A stretch of 32,000 nucleotides of DNA from Synechococcus sp. A15-28 (GTDB lineage Bacteria; Cyanobacteriota; Cyanobacteriia; PCC-6307; Cyanobiaceae). Location: NCBI RefSeq assembly GCF_014280175.1, contig NZ_CP047931.1, positions 1,710,001 to 1,742,000 of the forward strand, written 5' to 3'. Of the stretch, positions 1-9,169 are shown piece after piece (the stretch's first letter is position 1; every line of letters starts with the position of its first letter). Position numbers and translations under genes: made by a program. Below the pieces are notes generated by a model. That model was not told the DNA's origin, ran no database searches, and saw nothing but the letters and a program-made list of their open reading frames with translations.

Positions 1-181
1 TGGTCGACGTTCCCCAGCGGTAGCCGTCCGTCAGCCCATCAATCCAGGCATTGCCTGACCGTGGCACTTCAATCGCAGTTTGGTAAGCCAAGAGTGAGCC
101 GAAGAACTTGGTGTCGATTTAGTGCCAGAGCCAACAGCAACCCGCACGACACGACATCATCTTGGCAATACACCTGCTGCC

Positions 182-976
182 ATGCAGACCCCCCGTTCAA
201 TCAACGACCCTTCCACTGGTTTGGTGAGTCTGGTCGCCATTCTGCTGAGCGTGCTGCTGCTTCTGGGTCAGTCCCTGTTCATTGTTCCCGCTGGGCAGGT
301 TGCGGTGGTCACCACCCTTGGCAAGGTGAGTGGAGGATCACGTCTGCCCGGCTTGAATTTGAAGATCCCCTTCGTGCAAGCGGTGTCTGGCTTCGATGTC
401 CGCACACAGGTGAGGCCTGAGGAATTCGCCACCCTGACGAAGGATCTCCAGGTGATCGAAGCCACGGCAACCGTGAAATACGCCGTTCGCCCCGACGAGG
501 CCGGTCGAATCTTTCGCACCATCGCCGGCAACGATCGTGAGATTTACCCCCGCATCATTCAGCCCTCGCTGCTGAAGGCTCTCAAGTCGGTGTTTTCGCA
601 GTACGAGCTGGTGACAATCGCCACGGAGTGGAACGACATCTCATCATTGGTCGAACGCACGGTGGCTGAGGAACTCGACAAGTTCGATTACGTGGACGTG
701 CGTGGCCTCGATCTCACGGGTCTGCAAATCGCCGAGGAATACAGAGCAGCCATCGAACAGAAGCAGATTGCCGAACAGCAGCTGCTGAGGGCTCAGACGG
801 AAGTGAAGATCGCTGAGCAGGAAGCCATCCGTTACGACACGCTGAATCGCAGCCTGGACGAGCAGGTGCTGTTCAAGCTCTTCCTGGACAAATGGGACGG
901 CCGTACGGAAGTGGTTCCGGCACTTCCCGGGACAACCGGAGGAATTCCTCCCGTCATCGTTGGTCGCAAGAGTTGA
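182..976 (+). CDS. SPFH/prohibitin-like membrane protein
   Basis: N-terminal TM segment followed by FIVPAGQVAVVTTLGKV...GLNLKIPFVQAVSGFDVRTQ and a C-terminal coiled region EQKQIAEQQLLRAQ, typical of prohibitin-like proteins. ORF track starts at 122; ATG at 182 is more plausible. Confidence 0.88.
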   Translation: MQTPRSINDPSTGLVSLVAILLSVLLLLGQSLFIVPAGQVAVVTTLGKVSGGSRLPGLNLKIPFVQAVSGFDVRTQVRPEEFATLTKDLQVIEATATVKYAVRPDEAGRIFRTIAGNDREIYPRIIQPSLLKALKSVFSQYELVTIATEWNDISSLVERTVAEELDKFDYVDVRGLDLTGLQIAEEYRAAIEQKQIAEQQLLRAQTEVKIAEQEAIRYDTLNRSLDEQVLFKLFLDKWDGRTEVVPALPGTTGGIPPVIVGRKS

Positions 977-2065
977 AGATCTCTTAAATTTGACGGGCGA
1001 TCAACAACGTCTTTTAGAAGAATGCGATCGTCTTGACGAGCTTCATCGCAGTTACGACGGCGACGCCAGGCTGATCGCCACCCTCGGGCTGTTGGCTGAT
1101 AACGCCGCTGTGGTGATCGGAGCCATGGTGGTGGCACCCTGGATCCTCCCCCTCCGAGTCGCCGTCTTCGCCATCCTCGTCGGCGACTGGCGATTGCTTC
1201 CCCGTTCCGCCCTCACCCTGGTGGCAGTTGCCATCGTGACGGTGCTGCTGTCGATGTCACTTGGGCTGATCGCTCAGGCCAACGGCCTGTTGATCGTGGA
1301 TTCCTTCACGGGCGTGGATGACTTCACAGGGGAAATCCAAAGCCGATTAACGCCGACGCTCCTGGATCTCGGCATCGCCCTCGCCGCCGGCGCCATCGCC
1401 ACCTACGCGAAAGTCAACCCTGGTGCGGTGAGTTCCATGGCCGGAACGGCGATTGCCGTGGCCCTGGTTCCCCCGGTCTGCGTGATGGGGCTCATGCTGG
1501 CAGCGGGTGACTTCACAGACGCGCGGGGGGCCGGACTGCTCTATGCCGCCAACCTGCTGGGCATATTGATTGGGGGCATATTGATTGGGGGCATCTCGGT
1601 GCTGGCCATTCGGGAGCCCTATTTCCGAGACAAACTGCGCCGACAGCGACGTTCGCGGTTGCCGCTCCTGCTGGCCTTGGCTCTGGCCAGCTGGGTGGGT
1701 TCAAGCTCTATGGCCGCTATGAACAACACCTTTATGCCGTTAAACGGGACAACGCCAAGGTCAGGATCGAACAGGATATCAGCGCATATTTAAAGCAGCG
1801 AACCCAGATCTTCGGCAGCAATGACTCCCTGGAACTGGAAAACATTCTGTTTGACTGGCCGGATTACTGGAGCAGCAATCAAACGCCGAAAATTTTATTG
1901 GTCGTTCGCGTGACTAATCCGACCACCCCCAGTTACAAACAGGTTCAGATCATTCAAGACCGTATCAATAAAAGACTATGCGAGCAGTTTGACGGTCTGA
2001 AAATGCAAATGGAAGTACAGCGCATCAACGTCACAACGTCACCGTTGTTTCTGGCAGTGAAGTGA
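960..2065 (+). pseudogene. DUF389-like multi-pass membrane protein with apparent frameshift near 1690-1705
   Basis: DARLIATLGLLADNAAVVIGAMVVAPWILPL is DUF389-like. The annotated ORF ends at 1793, but the next frame continues from about 1700 to TGA at 2063-2065 as FKLYGRYEQHLYAVKRDNAKVRIEQDISAYLKQ...MQMEVQRINVTTSPLFLAVK. Start uncertain (TTG 960 in the track). Confidence 0.7.
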
Positions 2066-2184
2066 TGGATAGCGTCAACATCAAGGACATCCTTGATCAA
2101 GTCGAATCTCCTGAGGAGACGCTTCAATCCAATCCGTCACCCCAAGATGCTGCAACAGAGTCAGAGATCAGCACCACCCCTTGA
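2065..2184 (+). CDS. hypothetical small protein (39 aa)
   Basis: ATG overlaps the TGA closing the upstream frame (TGATG); reads MDSVNIKDILDQVESPEETLQSNPSPQDAATESEISTTP. No family recognised. Confidence 0.35.
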   Translation: MDSVNIKDILDQVESPEETLQSNPSPQDAATESEISTTP

Positions 2185-2185
2185 A

Positions 2186-3028
2186 TCAGTCGGTTTTGCG
2201 CAAACGCATCAAACCCCAGCTGAGACGTCCCTGCTGGCCACCCTCCACCCAGTGGCCAAGGCCCACATCCATCCGGTCCAGATAAGCGGAACTGATGCTC
2301 GCTTCCAGTTCTGCGCGGCGTGAACGGGTGTCCTGACGCACCCGGTCGTAGTGCCGCACCAGCATCTCGGTGCGTTCATCCCACACCTCCAGCGTCAGAC
2401 CAACCGCCTCACCCCAGGCCTTGTAACGGGCTGGAGAGGCAAGGTCCGGCAGGTGAATCCGGTCAAGGATCGGCTGAAGCAATCCCATCTCCACACCGTC
2501 CGCTGCCATCGGGTCGGTGAACACGAAACAGCCTCCAGGCTTGAGAAGACGGGACACCTCGGCCAAAACCTTGGCTCGATCACCGGCATGCAGGATCGCA
2601 TCCTGACTCCAGACCAAATCAGCACTGGCATCAGCCACGGGCACCTGCTCAAAGGAGGCATCGTGCACCGTGATCTGCTGATCCAAACCGGCGTCAATGT
2701 TCAGCTGCCGATGGCGATCGTTCTCCACTGAGGAAATGTTGATGGCATGAACCGATCGTTCACTCCAGCGGGCCAGGCGCCGTGATGCTCCACCATAACC
2801 AGCCCCGAGATCCACCACACATCCGCCCTGGGGCAGGGTGTCGGCCAGATCAAGCAGGGCATGCACAGTGCGGTCACTGGCCGTGGCGATGGCCTCATCG
2901 AACGTTGCATACAAACCGATATGAATGTCCTCACCACCCCAAACCAGTTCGTAGAACCGATCAGCGTCCTGACTGTCGTAGTAAGTCGCGGCGACGGAAT
3001 CCGCTGCTGAGCCGTTCGTTGTACTCAT
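2186..3028 (-). CDS. bsmB: SAM-dependent sarcosine/dimethylglycine N-methyltransferase (glycine betaine synthesis)
   Basis: 280 aa; VVDLGAGYGGASRRLAR SAM motif; YYDSQDADRFYELVWGGEDIHIGLY start typical of SDMT; directly downstream of a GSMT-like gene. Confidence 0.85.
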   Translation of the reverse strand: MSTTNGSAADSVAATYYDSQDADRFYELVWGGEDIHIGLYATFDEAIATASDRTVHALLDLADTLPQGGCVVDLGAGYGGASRRLARWSERSVHAINISSVENDRHRQLNIDAGLDQQITVHDASFEQVPVADASADLVWSQDAILHAGDRAKVLAEVSRLLKPGGCFVFTDPMAADGVEMGLLQPILDRIHLPDLASPARYKAWGEAVGLTLEVWDERTEMLVRHYDRVRQDTRSRRAELEASISSAYLDRMDVGLGHWVEGGQQGRLSWGLMRLRKTD

Positions 3029-3033
3029 CAGCC

Positions 3034-3897
3034 TCAGTGCATGGTGGCGTCAACGTCGAAGCGATATTCCTTCTCTGCGACGTGTACATAAAAATCGGGA
3101 TTTTCAAAGTCCCGCTGATAGTCACCGAAGCTGCTGATCTGCTGGAAGCCCACTTCAGACATCAGACGGCGTACATAGCCATAGCGCAACGGGAACATGT
3201 TGAGGTGATAAACCCCACCGTCACTGAAGGAGTAGCGGAAGCGCGCCAACCCTTCATCAATATGTTCCGGGCCAACTTCCACATCCTCACCGCAGTACAC
3301 ATTGCCTTTCCCCTGCCGGACCGCGGATCCGCCCTCGAGCAATCGGTCGTAATTACGGTGGTCGAGTATCAGAATGCCGTTGTGTTTGAGAACGGCGTAA
3401 TACTCTGCCAGGGCTTTGCGCCGATCCTTCTCCTTGAAGAGATGGGTGAATGAATTACCCAGACAGATCACGGCATCGTATTCACCGTGGATATCTCGGT
3501 TGAGGAAACGCCAGTCCGCCTGAGAGGTTCTCAGCAACTGATTGCGGTTTCGCGCATTGCGGAATGCTCGGGCCAGCATGTTGGGACTGCCATCAGCACT
3601 CACCACATCAAACCCTTCTTCCAGCAGTCGGATTGAGTGAAACCCGGTGCCCGTCGCCACATCCAACACCGAACGGGCACCGTGCTCCTTGAGCAGACGA
3701 ATAAAGAAGTCGCCCTCGGCCTTAGCCCGTGCATTCCAATCGATCAGCCGATCCCAGCGATCGGTGAAGTCTTCGATGTACTCCTGCTGGTAGTGATCCG
3801 TCTCGCGAACCGACTCAGGAGAATCTCCAAAACGCTGCTGATCGTCCTGGGCCTGCAAAGGATGGTTCTGCGTTGACGTCATTCCGAATCCATTCAA
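3034..3897 (-). CDS. bsmA: Glycine/sarcosine N-methyltransferase (glycine betaine synthesis)
   Basis: 287 aa; FGDSPESVRETDHYQQEYIEDFTDRWDRLIDW...SVLDVATGTGFHSIRLLEEGFDVVSADGS typical of GSMT; five-base gap to the downstream SDMT-like gene. Confidence 0.85.
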   Translation of the reverse strand: MNGFGMTSTQNHPLQAQDDQQRFGDSPESVRETDHYQQEYIEDFTDRWDRLIDWNARAKAEGDFFIRLLKEHGARSVLDVATGTGFHSIRLLEEGFDVVSADGSPNMLARAFRNARNRNQLLRTSQADWRFLNRDIHGEYDAVICLGNSFTHLFKEKDRRKALAEYYAVLKHNGILILDHRNYDRLLEGGSAVRQGKGNVYCGEDVEVGPEHIDEGLARFRYSFSDGGVYHLNMFPLRYGYVRRLMSEVGFQQISSFGDYQRDFENPDFYVHVAEKEYRFDVDATMH

Positions 3898-3969
3898 AGT
3901 TCAAACAGACTTCTTAAAATTCACCAGGGCAAGGTCTATTCCTACCCCAACAAACAAAATGAAGTCTTG

Positions 3970-3984
3970 GTGATCTGCAATCAC
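3970..3984. repeat. Short inverted repeat GTGAT-ctgca-ATCAC
   Basis: Perfect 5-bp arms, 5-bp spacer, in the divergent bsmAB/proVWX intergenic region. Confidence 0.5.
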
Positions 3985-4000
3985 ATATTCCAATGATAGA

Positions 4001-4023
4001 CACTGACAGAGCAGTTGTCAGTG
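4001..4023. promoter_or_regulatory. Perfect 8-bp inverted repeat CACTGACA-gagcagt-TGTCAGTG, candidate operator
   Basis: Read directly; arms are exact reverse complements with a 7-bp spacer, in the divergent intergenic region. Confidence 0.45.
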
Positions 4024-4201
4024 ATTGAGAAAACAATCTGCCATCAGCAGCACAGGACAAACCCCAAGATCCGCTGCCCCGCAGTCAGACCCAGAGAATA
4101 TTTCAACATTCAGAACCCCGCCTGGTCAGATCGCCACCCCGCAAGCGGTGGCGCCGCTCTGACCAGCATGCCTACCCTTTCAGAAGCGGAACAGGCCTGG
4201 C

Positions 4202-5206
4202 ATGGATGAGCCGATCCGCCTCCGGCAGGTGTGGAAATCCTTCGGTGGTCGACCGGGTGCTTCGCCATCCGAACTTCTCCGCTCCTCTGAAGCGCGAGTC
4301 GCCGTGCAGGACGTTTCCTTATCGGTCAGGACCGGAGAAATCTTCGTGGTGATGGGGCTGTCCGGATCCGGGAAGTCCACCCTGCTCCGCATGATCAATG
4401 GTTTGATCGCCCCCAGCCATGGGGTGGTCGACATTGAAGGCCGATCGCTGCAGCAGTTCAGCCGAAGCGAACTACAGGCCCTCAGACGCCGCAGCATGGC
4501 AATGGTGTTCCAATCCTTTGCTCTGTTCCCGCAGCGCAGTGCCCTCGAGAATGCGGCCTTTGGCCTTGAGGTAGCCGGTATTCCCCGCCGCCAACGCCTG
4601 GCCAGGGCCCAGCAGGCGCTGGAGCGGGTTGGCTTGGGTCAAGACCTGCACCGAAAGCCTGATCAGTTATCCGGCGGCATGCGTCAGCGGGTTGGCCTGG
4701 CGAGAGCTCTGGCGCTGGATCCACCTGTCCTTTTGATGGATGAAGCCTTTTCAGCGTTGGACCCGCTGATCCGGTCCGACATGCAGGATCTGTTGCTGGA
4801 TCTGCAACGGGAACACCGGCGAACGATCGTCTTCATTTCCCACGATCTGGATGAAGCTGTTCGGATCGGCGATCGCATCGCGTTGATGCAGGACGGACGC
4901 TTGCTGCAGTGCGATGCCGCGGAGACGCTGTTTCGCTCCCCAGCGGAACCGGCCGTGGCTGAATTTTTTCGTGGTGTTGATCCCGCTGGCGTCCTCACCG
5001 TCGGAGCCATCGCAGATCCATCGGCACCATCGGTGAAATGGGATCCAACGAATCCTGACCTCACCGTGCTCTCCTCAACGATGCTGATCAAGGAGGCAAT
5101 CCCGATCGTCACCGCAGCCAACGGACCTGTGGCAGTTGTCGGCCCCGATCACCATCTGATCGGGGCGGTGTCGCCGAACACCATCCTGCGGGCGCTGAGT
5201 CGATGA
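4202..5206 (+). CDS. proV: Glycine betaine/proline ABC transporter, ATP-binding subunit
   Basis: 334 aa; Walker A GLSGSGKST, LSGGMRQRVGLARAL, MDEAFSALDPLIR, DLDEAVRIGDRIALMQDG. Confidence 0.9.
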   Translation: MDEPIRLRQVWKSFGGRPGASPSELLRSSEARVAVQDVSLSVRTGEIFVVMGLSGSGKSTLLRMINGLIAPSHGVVDIEGRSLQQFSRSELQALRRRSMAMVFQSFALFPQRSALENAAFGLEVAGIPRRQRLARAQQALERVGLGQDLHRKPDQLSGGMRQRVGLARALALDPPVLLMDEAFSALDPLIRSDMQDLLLDLQREHRRTIVFISHDLDEAVRIGDRIALMQDGRLLQCDAAETLFRSPAEPAVAEFFRGVDPAGVLTVGAIADPSAPSVKWDPTNPDLTVLSSTMLIKEAIPIVTAANGPVAVVGPDHHLIGAVSPNTILRALSR

Positions 5207-6117
5207 ATTTTTTCTCAAGTCAACTTTGGCTGGCCCAAGCCAGCACGTCCGGAGCCGTAGGCGCAGCAGCGGACAGCACCGTCAGCTGGCTGCTGGGAAA
5301 CGGTGGTGCCCTGTTCAGCCTGGTTAACACCACAATCCTGACGCTGACGGGATTCTGCGAACAATTCCTCAACGCTCCATCCCCATGGCTACTGGCTCTG
5401 GTGGTGGCACTGCTGGGGCTCTGGCGGGTCAGTGCCAGCTTCGGCCTGCTCAGTCTCCTCGGTCTGAATCTGGTCAAGGCCATGGGCCTGTGGGAGCCGA
5501 TGGTCAGCACCCTCGCCCTCGTGCTGACCGCCTCCTTGTTGGCCCTCACCATCGGACTTCCCCTGGGGGTTCTGGCCGCCCGTCAACGCAGCATCTGGCA
5601 GCTCACCCGTCCGCTGCTTGATCTGATGCAGACCATGCCGGCCTTTGTGTACCTTATTCCCGCCGTGATGCTGTTCAGCACGGGCGCCGTGCCCTCAGTG
5701 ATCGCCACATTGATCTTCTCCATGCCACCGGTGGTGCGGCTCACTGTTCTGGGCATCCGCCAGGTGCCGGCGGATCTCATCGAAGCGGGGCGATCCTTCG
5801 GCTGTTCCGAGTGGCAGTTGCTCACCAAGGTGCAGCTGCCGAATGCCCTGCCAACACTGATGACCGGCGTGAATCAGACGATCATGCTGGCGCTGTCGAT
5901 GGTGGTGATCGCCTCGATGATCGGTGGAGGAGGACTTGGTGATGTGGTGCTTCGAGGCATCCAACAGTTGAACATCGGCCTCGGCTTCGAGGGCGGTCTG
6001 GCCGTGGTGATCCTCGCGGTGATCCTGGATCGGCTCAGCCAGAGCCTCAGCACGCCCCCCGCCACATCCGTACGTGTTCGTGTCCGCAGCCTGGTGAACC
6101 TCTGGAGACTCCCATGA
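5203..6117 (+). CDS. proW: Glycine betaine/proline ABC transporter, permease subunit
   Basis: 304 aa; multi-TM with DLMQTMPAFVYLIPAVMLF...EAGRSFGCSEWQLLTKVQLPNALPTLMTGVNQTIMLALSMVVIASMIGGGGLG; ATGA-type overlap with proV. Confidence 0.92.
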   Translation: MNFFSSQLWLAQASTSGAVGAAADSTVSWLLGNGGALFSLVNTTILTLTGFCEQFLNAPSPWLLALVVALLGLWRVSASFGLLSLLGLNLVKAMGLWEPMVSTLALVLTASLLALTIGLPLGVLAARQRSIWQLTRPLLDLMQTMPAFVYLIPAVMLFSTGAVPSVIATLIFSMPPVVRLTVLGIRQVPADLIEAGRSFGCSEWQLLTKVQLPNALPTLMTGVNQTIMLALSMVVIASMIGGGGLGDVVLRGIQQLNIGLGFEGGLAVVILAVILDRLSQSLSTPPATSVRVRVRSLVNLWRLP

Positions 6118-7082
6118 ACAAGCTTCAGCTCTGGCGACGACGCAGTGTGCTTCTGGCGGGTCTTGGCTTGGCCGGTGCCTCCCTGCACAACCTGGCGCGC
6201 CGCCCCGATACCTCCCCATCCAACCTGGCGACGGACACCCCTCCATCAACGTCACAAGTCGAATCGCCTGACGACGACAGCTCTGCCGATCAACCTTTGA
6301 AACTGGGCTGGTCTGCCTGGGCCGATGCCGAGGTGGTGAGCCTGATGGCCGCCAAGCTGATCGAGTCCGAGCTCAATCAACCGGTGGAACGGGTGATGGC
6401 TGACATCGGCATCCAGTACCAATCCGTGGCTCGCGGTGATCTGGACCTGATGCTGATGGCCTGGCTGCCAGGCACCCACAGGGATTACTGGAGCAAGGTG
6501 CGTGACCGGGTGCTGGATCTCGGGCCGATGTACTCCGGCCGGCTGGGGTGGATCGTGCCCGACTATGTGCCGAGGGAGGCGATCTCCAGCATTGAGCAAC
6601 TCAAGGACCCAAAGCTGGCTGCTCGTTTTGATGGACGCGTTCAGGGCATTGACCCAGGGTCAGGGCTCAACCAGGCCTCTCTGGATGCCCTCAAGCAATA
6701 TGGATTATCCTCGATTCAGCTGGTGGCCTCCAGCAGCGCAGCCATGGCTGCTGTTTTGGCCCAGGCGATCGAAGAGCAACGCTGGCTGATTGCCACGAGC
6801 TGGACTCCTCACTGGATGTTTGCCCGCTACAAGCTGCGCTTCCTCGAGGATCCCAAAGGCAGTTTCGGAGGAACGGAACGCATCCATGCGGTGGCCCGAC
6901 AGGGTCTGGACCAGCGGCATCCTGCGGTGACAGCGTTCCTCAGCCGCTTTCATCTCCCCGATCGCGACCTGGATGGCTTGCTGCTGCAAGCGCAGGAGTC
7001 ATCAGCCGAGGCTGCGGTGGCGACCTACCTGGACCGCCACCCCAACCGGATCCGCTACTGGACAACGGGTGAGATCAGCTGA
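6114..7082 (+). CDS. proX: Glycine betaine/proline ABC transporter, substrate-binding subunit
   Basis: 322 aa; N-terminal membrane/signal segment; KLGWSAWADAEVVSLMAAKLIE...DLMLMAWLPGTHRDYW; overlaps the proW stop. Confidence 0.88.
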   Translation: MNKLQLWRRRSVLLAGLGLAGASLHNLARRPDTSPSNLATDTPPSTSQVESPDDDSSADQPLKLGWSAWADAEVVSLMAAKLIESELNQPVERVMADIGIQYQSVARGDLDLMLMAWLPGTHRDYWSKVRDRVLDLGPMYSGRLGWIVPDYVPREAISSIEQLKDPKLAARFDGRVQGIDPGSGLNQASLDALKQYGLSSIQLVASSSAAMAAVLAQAIEEQRWLIATSWTPHWMFARYKLRFLEDPKGSFGGTERIHAVARQGLDQRHPAVTAFLSRFHLPDRDLDGLLLQAQESSAEAAVATYLDRHPNRIRYWTTGEIS

Positions 7083-7092
7083 TGTGGGCCAT

Positions 7093-7314
7093 TCAGCGCC
7101 TCGTGAGGATCACAAACAAGGCATGAATCACCGCGGCTGGCCACATGCCGAACAACACCGGAAAACCAAGCCCTCCCACCGCAAAGAGGTAAATCACCAG
7201 ATTGATCCAGAAGGGTTTCGTTAAGCCCACCTGGGTGAACACCCCGAGGGGCGGGATGAACAGGGCGATGATGACGCGGAAGATATCGCCGCAGGTCATG
7301 GCTGTTTCGATCAC
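7093..7314 (-). CDS. YqaE/Pmp3 (UPF0057) family small membrane protein
   Basis: 73 aa; FRVIIALFIPPLGVFTQVGLTKPFWINLVIYLFAVGGLGFPVLFGMWPAAVIHALFVI. Confidence 0.75.
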   Translation of the reverse strand: MIETAMTCGDIFRVIIALFIPPLGVFTQVGLTKPFWINLVIYLFAVGGLGFPVLFGMWPAAVIHALFVILTRR

Positions 7315-7345
7315 AACTCCCGCTTGGTAGCAAGATCACCACGGA

Positions 7346-7804
7346 TTAGATGAGGCGTTCATCGATCCCCTTGGGCCATTCAGATCGCGCTCGGTCGCGC
7401 AGCATCTCGAAATCGTCAAAGCTGAACCCTGGACCGACACAACAGCTCACCAGACTGAAGTCTCCCTGACTGCGGGCTGCCATCCAGACCCCCGCCGGAA
7501 CCCAGGTCACCGGCTGATCAGCGCTCACCAACTGTTCACTGGATCGATCAGCACGATCGGAGTGCTGAAACAGGCTGAGGGGGGCACCACCGAGGAAGGT
7601 CCAGATCTCATCACCACCGTGAACGCAGTGCCAGCGACTTACATCGTCTGCGGCCAGCAGAAACAGCACGGTTGTGATCGCACTGCGTTGTTCACCATCG
7701 GGTCTTGTGACCTGAATGGAACTCCGCTGCATTTCCCGATACCAACCGCCTTCGGGATGAGGTTTCAGCCCCCAACGGGACACGAGTGCATCAACGGAAT
7801 CCAA
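7346..7804 (-). CDS. DUF985-type cupin protein
   Basis: 152 aa; LKPHPEGGWYREMQRS...TTVLFLLAADDVSRWHCVHGGDEIWTFLGGAPLSL...VSCCVGPGFSFDDFEML. Confidence 0.85.
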   Translation of the reverse strand: MDSVDALVSRWGLKPHPEGGWYREMQRSSIQVTRPDGEQRSAITTVLFLLAADDVSRWHCVHGGDEIWTFLGGAPLSLFQHSDRADRSSEQLVSADQPVTWVPAGVWMAARSQGDFSLVSCCVGPGFSFDDFEMLRDRARSEWPKGIDERLI

Positions 7805-7841
7805 CGCTGATCAGAACGCAACTTGGCAACACTTGCACAAC

Positions 7842-7869
7842 AAAAAGCCCCCTCCTCGGAGGGGGCTTT
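7842..7869 (-). terminator. Rho-independent terminator downstream of psbA
   Basis: Perfect 11-bp stem AAAGCCCCCTC-CTCG-GAGGGGGCTTT (7844-7869). In psbA orientation the stem ends in TTTTTG. Confidence 0.9.
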
Positions 7870-7906
7870 CCGATTCAGTTGATCTGAATCGTTTGTTGAT
7901 TCCAGA

Positions 7907-8986
7907 TCAACCGATGGCAGGAGCTTGCAGAGCCACAGGAGTGGACTCAGCAGCAGCCAGGTCGAGGGGGAAGTTGTGAGCGTTGCGCTCGTGCATCACT
8001 TCCATACCGAGGCCGGCACGGTTCAACACGTCGGCCCAGGTGTTCAGGACGCGGCCCTGACCATCAAGGATGGACTGGTTGAAGTTGAAGCCGTTCAGGT
8101 TGAAGGCCATGGTTGACACGCCCAGGGCGGTGAACCAGATGCCGACAACAGGCCAGGCAGCCAGGAAGAAGTGAAGGCTACGGCTGTTGTTGAAGGAGGC
8201 GTATTGGAAGATCAGGCGACCGAAGTAACCGTGGGCAGCCACGATGTTGTAGGTCTCTTCCTCTTGGCCGAACTTGTAGCCGTAGTTCTGGGACTCGGTC
8301 TCGGTGGTTTCACGCACCAGGGAGGAGGTCACCAGGGAGCCGTGCATGGCGGAGAACAGGGAACCACCGAACACACCTGCAACACCCAGCATGTGGAAGG
8401 GGTGCATCAGGATGTTGTGCTCAGCCTGGAACACCAGCATGTAGTTGAACGTGCCGGAGATGCCCAGGGGCATGGCGTCAGAGAAGGAGCCCTGACCGAA
8501 GGGGTAGACCAGGAAGACTGCAGAGGCAGCAGCGACAGGTGCGCTGTAGGCGACGCAGATCCAGGGGCGCATGCCCAGGCGGTAGGAGAGTTCCCACTCA
8601 CGACCCATGTAGGCGTAGATGCCGATCAGGAAGTGGAAGACGACGAGCTGGAAAGGACCGCCGTTGTACAGCCACTCATCGAGAGAAGCGGCTTCCCAGA
8701 TGGGATAGAAGTGCAGGCCGATGGCGTTGCTGGAAGGAACAACAGCACCGGAGATGATGTTGTTGCCGTAGATCAGGGAGCCAGCGACAGGCTCGCGGAT
8801 GCCATCGATGTCAACCGGAGGAGCGGCGACGAAAGCGATGACGAAGCAGATGGTGGCAGCCAGCAGGGTGGGGATCATCAGCACACCGAACCAACCGACA
8901 TACAGACGGTTGTTGGTGGAGGTGACCCACTCGCAGAAGGCCTGCCAGCTGGAAGCGCCGGAGCGCTGCTGGAGGGTGGTGGTCAT
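7907..8986 (-). CDS. psbA: Photosystem II reaction centre protein D1, Glu130 form
   Basis: 359 aa full-length D1; residue 130 is Glu ([10 protein letters not shown] at 121-130); C-terminal processing region [19 protein letters not shown]. Confidence 0.99.
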   Translation of the reverse strand: MTTTLQQRSGASSWQAFCEWVTSTNNRLYVGWFGVLMIPTLLAATICFVIAFVAAPPVDIDGIREPVAGSLIYGNNIISGAVVPSSNAIGLHFYPIWEAASLDEWLYNGGPFQLVVFHFLIGIYAYMGREWELSYRLGMRPWICVAYSAPVAAASAVFLVYPFGQGSFSDAMPLGISGTFNYMLVFQAEHNILMHPFHMLGVAGVFGGSLFSAMHGSLVTSSLVRETTETESQNYGYKFGQEEETYNIVAAHGYFGRLIFQYASFNNSRSLHFFLAAWPVVGIWFTALGVSTMAFNLNGFNFNQSILDGQGRVLNTWADVLNRAGLGMEVMHERNAHNFPLDLAAAESTPVALQAPAIG

Positions 8987-9002
8987 GAGAACGGAAAGAA
9001 GT

Positions 9003-9016
9003 GTTCCCGAAGGAAC
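9003..9016 (-). promoter_or_regulatory. 5'-leader hairpin of psbA with cUUCGg tetraloop
   Basis: In transcript orientation GUUCC-UUCG-GGAAC, 16 nt upstream of the psbA ATG at 8984-8986. Confidence 0.45.
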
Positions 9017-9169
9017 GGTTTAAGGAAGGGCAGGGACGCCCTGCCTCACACCAATGTAACGGAAGGTTGAGAGGTGTGTTCGGTTATTGCGCAATGCGTT
9101 TTCGACAGCCCTGCCAGGGACTGGGCAGCACAGAAAGACTTAAGATTCTGTTGCTGTCCGGAGCCCGTT

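Noticed and set aside
3970-3985. CRP-like site in the divergent spacer
   Set aside because: GGTGA-N7-TCACA has the wrong spacing versus TGTGA-N6-TCACA; retained only as a generic inverted repeat.
8171-9070. 299-aa plus-strand ORF opposite psbA
   Set aside because: Mirror of highly constrained psbA codons; no recognisable domain.
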